From Promethearchaeota archaeon (lineage in GTDB: Archaea > Asgardarchaeota > Lokiarchaeia > Sigyniarchaeales > SOKP01): 14,980 nt of DNA. This document shows positions 8,213-14,980 of this stretch, piece by piece; position 1 is the stretch's first letter; each line of letters starts with the position of its first letter. A model generated the notes under the pieces. That model was not told the origin of the DNA, searched no databases, and saw nothing but the letters and a program-made list of their open reading frames with translations. The position numbers and the translations under genes are program-made. Where the stretch lies: positions 1-14,980 of the forward strand of contig JBHLOI010000074.1 of NCBI GenBank assembly GCA_048940645.1. Reading direction: 5' to 3'.

Positions 8213-9361
8213 CTAAAGATATAATTCGAAATTTTTTTCAATAATCTGTTGAGCTTTTTTAAATTCTGAAACGTTAATTAATCGATTTAAATCTTGAATT
8301 TCATTTAACTCATTTTCATAAAAAGTTCTAAAATCGTGTGAAAATTTTTGGATTATTCTCTCTAAAATTGCATTTTTTTTTGATGTAAGTACAACTACAG
8401 CGAATCCATAATCAATATCATAATCAACAACTATATCAGCTCCTCTTGTTTGAATTACATCTATTTTATCAGATTTATCTACAAATTCACTTAGAATATA
8501 ATTTAATCCAATGATAATATTACCCCATATCTTTAGGTTATTCAAAATATTTTCCTTTTTTTTGAAATTATAGGAATATAGGAGTACTCCAGACTTGTGG
8601 TAAATATTTACTGAGTAAATTTTGTTTGGTAAAATGAAAAACATTTCAGGTTTTAAAATTATCATTATATCGACTCCAAAATTTGTAATCCAGATTAAAA
8701 TGATAAAAAGTTCTCTATAAACTTGACCTTGTAAGATTATATAAAGTATATAAAAAATTATAGGAGCTGTAAAAATACTGGTGTTTAAAAAAAGTGGTAA
8801 ACTCTCTTTAGGATCTTCTGATTTTAAATACACATAAACTGAAATATATATAAGATAAATTGTAATGGATATTTGAAAGATAATAACAATTGCTCCTGTC
8901 AAAAAATTAAATTGATACTTAATTGTAGAAACTTCTATAATAGAAAAAGGAGGAGCTGGAGGAAAGTTAATAGAAATCAATATAGAATTAGGTAAAAATA
9001 AAGTTCCAATTAAAAGACCGAAAAGAATCGAAATCATTAACATTGGAATTATTTGAATTTTTCTATACTCTTTAAAAAATGAATACGTAAAGGATGTAAT
9101 TATTAAGGAAATGAAGCCAGAGATAACTAAAATTTTCCATAATATCAGATTTATTAGATTTGAAATAAAAAATACAACTGAAAGTAAGTAGCAACTGGAA
9201 AAAATAAATCCAGAATTAAGAACAATTCCAACATTCAAATAAGCAATAAGGTTCGTACCATATCGCTTTCGGTTTTTAATTATATAGAATACTGTAATAA
9301 AAGAAATTAATGAAATCAAAAAATATCCGAAGATTAATGAAATACTTACAAAATTATACAT
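8213..9361 (-). CDS. Seven-TM membrane protein with a C-terminal longin-like domain (paralog A)
   Basis: Seven hydrophobic segments in about residues 1-237, with a long loop after TM4. Residues 248-382 start IYSVNIYHKSGVLLYSYNF and follow the beta-beta-alpha-beta-beta-beta-alpha-alpha pattern of longin domains, ending EFKKAQQIIEKNF. Confidence 0.75.
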   Translation of the reverse strand: MYNFVSISLIFGYFLISLISFITVFYIIKNRKRYGTNLIAYLNVGIVLNSGFIFSSCYLLSVVFFISNLINLILWKILVISGFISLIITSFTYSFFKEYRKIQIIPMLMISILFGLLIGTLFLPNSILISINFPPAPPFSIIEVSTIKYQFNFLTGAIVIIFQISITIYLIYISVYVYLKSEDPKESLPLFLNTSIFTAPIIFYILYIILQGQVYRELFIILIWITNFGVDIMIILKPEMFFILPNKIYSVNIYHKSGVLLYSYNFKKKENILNNLKIWGNIIIGLNYILSEFVDKSDKIDVIQTRGADIVVDYDIDYGFAVVVLTSKKNAILERIIQKFSHDFRTFYENELNEIQDLNRLINVSEFKKAQQIIEKNFELYL

Positions 9362-9539
9362 TTTTCTATCTATAATATTTATAATTTATTTAATTTTACA
9401 TTTTGAGGTATTATTGAGATTTCTTAAGACTTATATTTTACTTTTTTTATACTTTTAAGATAGAAGATTTACTTATATATATGCATTTGGTTAAAATTAA
9501 TAAAGAGAATAGCCTTCTTAGAAAGAGAAGTTGTAATGA

Positions 9540-10640
9540 TTAAGCCTTGACAAAATATTTACTAAAACATTCTTGGAGCAATTTCCCAGTGTCTTTAAAT
9601 ACTGTTACATCGATTATTCCACTTAACTTTAGTAAATTCTCCTTGTTTTTATCTGAAAATATTTTAATAAATTTTTGTACTGCTTCTTCAAGAATCTTGT
9701 TTTTATGTTTAGCAATTAATAATATAGCATAGCCTAAATCATTTTGAAAATTAAATACAACTCCCTTATCACTCATTTTTATGTGATCTAATTGATCCTC
9801 AACTCCAGAAAAATTTGCAAGAATATGACTTATCCCTATTAAAATACTCCCCTTCAATAGGGATTCATCACCTTCTTTACGAGTTTGGAAATTATATGAA
9901 TAAAGTAAAATTCCAGACTTATGAAAGATTATAAAGTCAAAAATTTTATTTGTGAATACTAAAAATAGAGCAGGTTTTTTTATAATAATATATGATACAA
10001 TGCTACTATTAAGAATATATAAATTTATATATAATACCCTAAAAGTAATATTTTGTGTTATAAGAAAAATTGAATAGGTAATTATATTTAATGAAAGAAG
10101 AAAAATATAGGTTGAGAAGAAATTGGCTAAGTCTTTGTCATTAAAGTTCTTATAACCCATGATTTGTGATATATATAAAAAAGTGATAACAGCTGAATTG
10201 AATATGAGAAGAATACTTAACAGCTTTACATCTTGAAAGAAAAATAAATAATCGGTACCTTGTTGAACCGCCAGAAATGAGTTTGGAAATATAAGCAAAC
10301 TAACTATTATCCCTTCCAAGAAAAAGTAAATAATGACTGCTAAAAATCTTATTTTACTATGTTTATGTAATTCCACGCTATGGATAGAAGATAATAATCC
10401 TATTGAAAAAATTCTAATAAAGATTGATATTTCCCATAAAGTTTGGGAAATTTCTATTTTAAAATAATTTTCTACTGATAAGTTGAATAAAATAAAAGAT
10501 GAGGTTTGACCAATGAAATATATAAGAATTATTATTGCGAATCCAGTTTCTACTTCGTACTTTCCTCTAGCATAAATGCCATGAGTAATACCAATTAATA
10601 ATAGTAGCATCAAAATGCTAATATAAATAATTCCAATCAT
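9540..10640 (-). CDS. Seven-TM membrane protein with a C-terminal longin-like domain (paralog B)
   Basis: Seven hydrophobic segments, then residues 233-366 starting IFDFIIFHKSGILLYSYNF. It aligns to paralog A at LW in TM3, PNS after TM4, KP after TM7, HKSG(V/I)LLYSYNF, GxI(I/L)IG and KNxILExxxQKF. Confidence 0.75.
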   Translation of the reverse strand: MIGIIYISILMLLLLIGITHGIYARGKYEVETGFAIIILIYFIGQTSSFILFNLSVENYFKIEISQTLWEISIFIRIFSIGLLSSIHSVELHKHSKIRFLAVIIYFFLEGIIVSLLIFPNSFLAVQQGTDYLFFFQDVKLLSILLIFNSAVITFLYISQIMGYKNFNDKDLANFFSTYIFLLSLNIITYSIFLITQNITFRVLYINLYILNSSIVSYIIIKKPALFLVFTNKIFDFIIFHKSGILLYSYNFQTRKEGDESLLKGSILIGISHILANFSGVEDQLDHIKMSDKGVVFNFQNDLGYAILLIAKHKNKILEEAVQKFIKIFSDKNKENLLKLSGIIDVTVFKDTGKLLQECFSKYFVKA

Positions 10641-10743
10641 GAATAATTTTGGATCCCAATTAAATGATTATTAATCAACAAATTATATATTTTAAAATTA
10701 TATAAATTTTAGTTTATATATAATCCTTATAATTTAGTTCAAA

Positions 10744-11250
10744 CTAACTTGTCCTATCTCTAATCTTATTTTTTAGCCAACCTATTTTATCTATTTCTCT
10801 GAAATCAAATTGAGGGACATAAGGTTTTATATCCAATACGGGAGTCTTGTCTAAAATATCAATATTATTTACTCTAATTACATTTTTGTTAATCTCTGAA
10901 ATTTCTAATAATGACAATCCAATAGGATTTGGTCGAAAGGGAGTTCGTATAGAAAAAACACCTTTTAGTTCATTCTGCAGAAAAGGTTTAGATAACAATG
11001 GAACTGGTAATTTTACCATATCAAAAACATATAAACAATAGATATGTGAAAAACCCTCCAAATCCTTTAAACCATTTTGATATGCTGAAAAAAGTTCAAT
11101 CATACCTGACGTTTTTGACATAGTTGGTTGGATTGGTATCCCTTTTAGAGTTTTAAATGGAGAGTGAATAACTCCAATAGGTTTAAAGCAAATTTCTTCA
11201 GGAAATCTTCGTTCTGTAAAACTTTTTAGATTTCCATTAATTATTTCCAT
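10744..11250 (-). CDS. tsaA: TsaA/TrmO (YaeB)-family SAM-dependent methyltransferase, single-domain form
   Basis: FKPIGVIHSPF, GLKDLEGFSHIYCLYVFD, GVFSIRTPFRPNPIGLS and DKTPVLDIKPY are TrmO/TsaA motifs. The tRNA m6t6A37 activity is inferred from the family. Confidence 0.9.
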   Translation of the reverse strand: MEIINGNLKSFTERRFPEEICFKPIGVIHSPFKTLKGIPIQPTMSKTSGMIELFSAYQNGLKDLEGFSHIYCLYVFDMVKLPVPLLSKPFLQNELKGVFSIRTPFRPNPIGLSLLEISEINKNVIRVNNIDILDKTPVLDIKPYVPQFDFREIDKIGWLKNKIRDRTS

Positions 11251-11351
11251 AATTGTGGATTACTCTCTATTTAATAAAAAATTTTTTTCTTAATTTTTGA
11301 ATCTATTCTAATATAAGCAAACTTGTCTATTTATAAGTAAAAAAAGATCCT

Positions 11352-13262
11352 ATGAAAGAATTTATTGATTTTCTTAAAAATAAAGGGATAATCCAATATT
11401 TAATGAAGGTTTATAGTTTAGACCAGCAAAATTCAGATGAAAGTGACTTTATTTATGCAATAATTGAAGTATTTGCCCACTTAGAAAGTAATAAGAATTT
11501 TGGCCATAAAGATATTCAAAAGGGTGGAATAGATATCATTGGAAATATATATGAGAGCAAAATTTCTAATACACAAAAGAAAAGATTGGGTGAATTTTAC
11601 ACACCGTCTCATGTCGTAAAATATATATTAAGTGCTGTTGGATACAGTATGGATAATGAAATAGAAGGGAAAAAAATAGTTGATCTTAGTTGTGGATGTG
11701 GAAGTTTTCTTATTCAAATTGTTAAAATTATAATGAATTTTTATGTTAAGAAATTTGATTTAAGAAGTTTATCTGATATTTCAATTGATCAGGCTAGAAT
11801 TATAATTAGAAAAATTCAAGAAAATGTTTTCGGCTTTGACGTAAATCCTGTTGCCTGTGTTTTATGTTGCATAAATCTCTACTTTTCGTTTTATGAATTA
11901 CTTAAGATTATTAATATGTGTGATGATAATTTTAAAATACCAGATTTAAAAATTATTAACGTTAATATCATTGATTATTCTAATTTCGATAGATTTGACT
12001 ATGTGGTAGGAAATCCTCCCTACTTATTTTTAAGGGATATACGCCCAGATGATAAACTCTTAATTGAACAAGGAAACTTTAAAACTATTAAAGGTCAATA
12101 TGATTATTATCAAATTTTTATTGAATTGGGCATTGGTGTTTTAAAGGAAAAGGGTCTTTTAGGCTATATCCTTCCAGATTCTCTCTTAGCTCTGTCAAAT
12201 CGAAAATTGATTAGAAAATTTATATTTAATAGAACCAAAATCAGAGAATTATACTATATTGGCCCAAGTTTTGAGGACCCGATTGTTTCAAATGTTATAA
12301 TAATTTTACAAAAAGAAAGAGACGAAGAAGAGAGACTTAGAAATTTAATATCAATAAATAATCCATTAATTAACAGCGGATTAAATATTCCTATCAAGCA
12401 ATCCACCCTTAAAGAGTGGGAATATAAGTTTTTAATAAATATTAACGAGGTTGACATCAAAATTCTTGAATATCTTAATTCCAATTTCCCAAAAATTAAA
12501 AATATCATGCAAAATCCAGAGTATAAAATTTTAATTTTTAGAGGTGTAGAATTAGGAAAAGAGGGAGCAATAGCTTATTGTAAAAAATGTAAGAAATATG
12601 TTCCCCTTCCCAAGAAAAAAGCAATATGTAAAGATTGTAATTCATTTTTGGATTTACATATTATAGAGAAAATTATTGATGACAAAATTCCTAAAGGATT
12701 AGAGGAAAATTACAAACCATTCCTATTTTCAATGAATAGATACCAAGTAAAACGATACAAATATATTAACATCAAAAAAATAGGAATCAACTACAAAAAT
12801 ATAGAGGATTATAAAAATAGAATTGTTATACGACAGCTAAGTCAAAATAACTTATTATGTGCTACTTATGATAAGGAATCTTTAACTTCTCAATCATTTT
12901 ATAATTTAAAAATTATCAAGTCTCCTATAACAGAATTTAATCATTTTTATGTATTAGGCTTAATAAATTCTCAATTATTATCTTATTATTTTATTAAGAT
13001 TTTTGGTTCTTATAAGAAGTTATTTCCTAGAATTCTTATTGAAAAAGTTAAAAATTTACCAATAAAGTTACCTAAATCACCTAAGGAACTACTAATTTCC
13101 AAAAGTATTCAAGAAAAGGTTAGGGACATTTTATCACTTAATGATTTAAATAATAAAGAGATTGATATCTTACAAAATGATATTGATTCTTTAGTTTTCA
13201 ATATATATCAGATTTCACATAAAAATAAACAATATATTTTAAAATTCTTAAGAAATTTATGA
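11352..13262 (+). CDS. N6-adenine DNA methyltransferase, gamma class (TaqI/Eco57I-like), with a C-terminal target-recognition region
   Basis: GEFYTP (motif X), DLSCGCGSFL (motif I), GFDVNP, FDYVVGNPPY (motif IV), FIELG..LKEKGLLGYILP, and C-terminal TaqI_C-like YVLGLINSQLLSYYF and KNLPIKLP. Only about 80 residues precede motif X, too few for a nuclease domain. Confidence 0.88.
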   Translation: MKEFIDFLKNKGIIQYLMKVYSLDQQNSDESDFIYAIIEVFAHLESNKNFGHKDIQKGGIDIIGNIYESKISNTQKKRLGEFYTPSHVVKYILSAVGYSMDNEIEGKKIVDLSCGCGSFLIQIVKIIMNFYVKKFDLRSLSDISIDQARIIIRKIQENVFGFDVNPVACVLCCINLYFSFYELLKIINMCDDNFKIPDLKIINVNIIDYSNFDRFDYVVGNPPYLFLRDIRPDDKLLIEQGNFKTIKGQYDYYQIFIELGIGVLKEKGLLGYILPDSLLALSNRKLIRKFIFNRTKIRELYYIGPSFEDPIVSNVIIILQKERDEEERLRNLISINNPLINSGLNIPIKQSTLKEWEYKFLININEVDIKILEYLNSNFPKIKNIMQNPEYKILIFRGVELGKEGAIAYCKKCKKYVPLPKKKAICKDCNSFLDLHIIEKIIDDKIPKGLEENYKPFLFSMNRYQVKRYKYINIKKIGINYKNIEDYKNRIVIRQLSQNNLLCATYDKESLTSQSFYNLKIIKSPITEFNHFYVLGLINSQLLSYYFIKIFGSYKKLFPRILIEKVKNLPIKLPKSPKELLISKSIQEKVRDILSLNDLNNKEIDILQNDIDSLVFNIYQISHKNKQYILKFLRNL

Positions 13263-13295
13263 AATATTTTTTAAATGGAAAAAATTAAGAATTTT

Positions 13296-13469
13296 TTAAT
13301 CCAATTTGCTCAAATTTTCTCGATTAGTATATGTTTTTAATATCTTATTCCATTTCTCTGCTAAATCATTCAAACCTGTCTTTTTAAATAATGTAACAGC
13401 GCGATCAAAAATTCGTATAATTTTTGCTTCTTTTGATAAATCATTATTAAACTTAATAGTTTCCATCAT
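13296..13469 (-). CDS. Helical microprotein A, 57 aa (not in the ORF track)
   Basis: Manual translation: MMETIKFNNDLSKEAKIIRIFDRAVTLFKKTGLNDLAEKWNKILKTYTNRENLSKLD*. It shares 19 of 40 ungapped identities with the adjacent ORF 13557..13709. Confidence 0.75.
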   Translation of the reverse strand: MMETIKFNNDLSKEAKIIRIFDRAVTLFKKTGLNDLAEKWNKILKTYTNRENLSKLD

Positions 13470-13556
13470 ACATTAAAAGAATTGTAAGTTCATTAAAAAA
13501 GAGTATAATATGGTGATGTAACTAATGGGATACATATAAAGGATTAATTAAATTGG

Positions 13557-13709
13557 CTATCTTAAATTTTTTGACTTAGAATAATATTTTAATACCTGTT
13601 CACCTTTTTTAGCTAGATCTGTTAAGCCTGTTTGCTTACATAATGATACGATACGGTCGAGAACTTTTGCGATATTCTCTTCATATTTAAATATATCATC
13701 TTCGGTCAT
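13557..13709 (-). CDS. Helical microprotein B, 50 aa (not in the ORF track), paralog of A
   Basis: Manual translation: MTEDDIFKYEENIAKVLDRIVSLCKQTGLTDLAKKGEQVLKYYSKSKNLR*. Shared motif with A: DRxVxLxKxTGLxDLAxK....LKxY....NL. Confidence 0.75.
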   Translation of the reverse strand: MTEDDIFKYEENIAKVLDRIVSLCKQTGLTDLAKKGEQVLKYYSKSKNLR

Positions 13710-13863
13710 GAAATGTAGGTATATTTTAAATAGATAAAAAATAATATGTTATGGGGATAATCAGATTATTCTAAAACAAGAATTTAATATGTTTCTAATA
13801 CCTATATTTATATTAATAAAAACTATATTAATCGTAAGAGATATATTTAAAGAGTGAAGCTTA

Positions 13864-14838
13864 ATGGAAAGCCTTCCAAATATTAATCTCATTACTACAC
13901 TATTGAAAAACTATATGTATGAAGTTGATGGAGCTGTAGCTGTTGCGCTCTGTGATAGAGATGGTTTTATTATAGCTTCTGAAAGTAAAAAGAAAGAAGA
14001 TCAAGACTCAGATTCTGTTATAGGTGCAATTTCAGCATTTTTAGATATTTATATCGATAGAATAAAAAGTGAATATCAGACTCAAAGTAATTTTTTTAAT
14101 ATAACCTCATTACAAAACAGAAAATTCGCATATTGTTCAATGGGGCATCACTCCATTCTGACTACTATTGCTGATCCATCAACTTCCGATGTTGAGCTAA
14201 AGGTTTATTCTGAACATATTGCAGGTAAAATTGAGATGCTATTAGAAGGTAATCAAAATGTCTCAATTAAAATTCCAGAAATAATTAGAGTGTTATCTAA
14301 AAGAAGAGAAGGAAAATTACCGAAAGGTCAATTTACAGCTAAATTAATACTAACTGGAGATTTTAAAGTAGGTAAAACTTCTTTAATTCGAAGATTTGTG
14401 GAGAATAACTTTAAAGAGGATTACCAAAGTACGATAGGTGTGGAAATTTCTAAGAAATCTATTATTATGGATGAGAATACCAAGTTGAATTTTGTTTTAT
14501 GGGATATAGGTGGACAGATAGGTCAAATTAGACCTTACAGGCAAAGATTTTATGAAGGTGCCAATGCTGCATTTATAGTAGTTGATAGAACGCGGGATCA
14601 TCTAGATAGTATTAATAATTGGCTTGATGATATTAAAAAATCTGTTCCAAATAATATCCCAATTGTTATTGTAGGCAATAAATCGGATTTAAATGAACAA
14701 ATTGTTATTACAGAAGAACAGATTAAAGTTATCGCAAAACAGTTCGATCTTCATTTCATAGTGACAAGTGCTAAAACGGGTGAAAACGTCAATGAAGCAT
14801 TCCTTTATATCGCTTATAGATTTATAGAAAAAGTGTAA
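13864..14838 (+). CDS. Roadblock/LC7 (MglB-like) domain fused to a Rab-like small GTPase
   Basis: N-terminal VDGAVAVALCDRDGFIIAS roadblock signature (about residues 1-130). GTPase motifs: G1 GDFKVGKTS, G2 STIGVE, G3 WDIGGQ, G4 NKSD, G5 SAK, plus RabF-like IGVEI and FYEGA. No C-terminal cysteine for prenylation. Confidence 0.9.
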   Translation: MESLPNINLITTLLKNYMYEVDGAVAVALCDRDGFIIASESKKKEDQDSDSVIGAISAFLDIYIDRIKSEYQTQSNFFNITSLQNRKFAYCSMGHHSILTTIADPSTSDVELKVYSEHIAGKIEMLLEGNQNVSIKIPEIIRVLSKRREGKLPKGQFTAKLILTGDFKVGKTSLIRRFVENNFKEDYQSTIGVEISKKSIIMDENTKLNFVLWDIGGQIGQIRPYRQRFYEGANAAFIVVDRTRDHLDSINNWLDDIKKSVPNNIPIVIVGNKSDLNEQIVITEEQIKVIAKQFDLHFIVTSAKTGENVNEAFLYIAYRFIEKV

Positions 14839-14980
14839 ATACTTTTAAAATATCTTTTTTAATTTGTTTAATTATAATAAAATAATTAAAATGGATTTTT
14901 TTTAATTAAAATTCAAAGGAGGTTATTGAAAAATAGTTTTAAAAGTGTCCTTCAATGAAGTTTTGGCTACATGAAATCAA

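Noticed and set aside
8213-10640. The 7TM domains as rhodopsins or true GPCRs
   Set aside because: There is no DxxxK-type retinal lysine within TM7 and no DRY or NPxxY motif; only the topology is similar.
2595-12508. Other short track ORFs: 2595..2891, 3796..4086, 6707..6928, 7160..7351, 9547..9732, 10847..11041, 12254..12508
   Set aside because: All lie antisense to well-supported genes and show no recognisable motifs.
11352-13709. A complete restriction-modification or toxin-antitoxin locus formed by the methyltransferase and the microproteins
   Set aside because: No nuclease motif is visible, and the microproteins converge on the methyltransferase and are paralogs of each other rather than a toxin/antitoxin pair.
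13757-13769. Palindrome ATAATC-A-GATTAT between microprotein B and the GTPase gene
   Set aside because: A short AT-rich palindrome seen once; plausible by chance at this base composition.
14839-14980. Possible gene start after GGAGG near 14918, or the end of a minus-strand gene
   Set aside because: The TTG frame after GGAGG stops within about 10 codons, and the other open frames are too short at the window edge to support a call.
1-14980. CRISPR array or long tandem DNA repeats
   Set aside because: No regularly spaced repeats were seen; the repeated sequence is explained by paralogous genes.

Overview
An AT-rich archaeal chromosomal window. Its gene content (gelsolin-domain protein, longin-domain proteins, roadblock-fused Rab-like GTPase, archaeal-type tRNA-Leu) points to an Asgard archaeon, probably Lokiarchaeia; this is an inference. 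In order along the window: a partial tRNA-Leu(CAG); a single-gelsolin-domain protein followed by an unannotated 47-aa polybasic membrane peptide; a divergent methyl-transfer cluster (two non-pyrrolysine MttB paralogs, one corrinoid protein, an atypical Cys/Met PLP lyase) with a convergent GPH/MelB-type transporter; a 70-aa hypothetical protein; two tandem proteins that each join a seven-helix membrane domain to a C-terminal longin-like domain; a TsaA/TrmO-like methyltransferase; an orphan TaqI-like m6A DNA methyltransferase with a zinc-ribbon insert; two unannotated paralogous 50-57 aa microproteins; and a roadblock-Rab-like GTPase fusion. The strongest candidates for undescribed systems are (1) 7TM-longin receptor-like proteins that may couple to a roadblock-GTPase, and (2) an MttB/corrinoid/C-S-lyase module that may act on a methylated sulfur amino acid. 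All calls come from reading motifs by eye; no searches were run.
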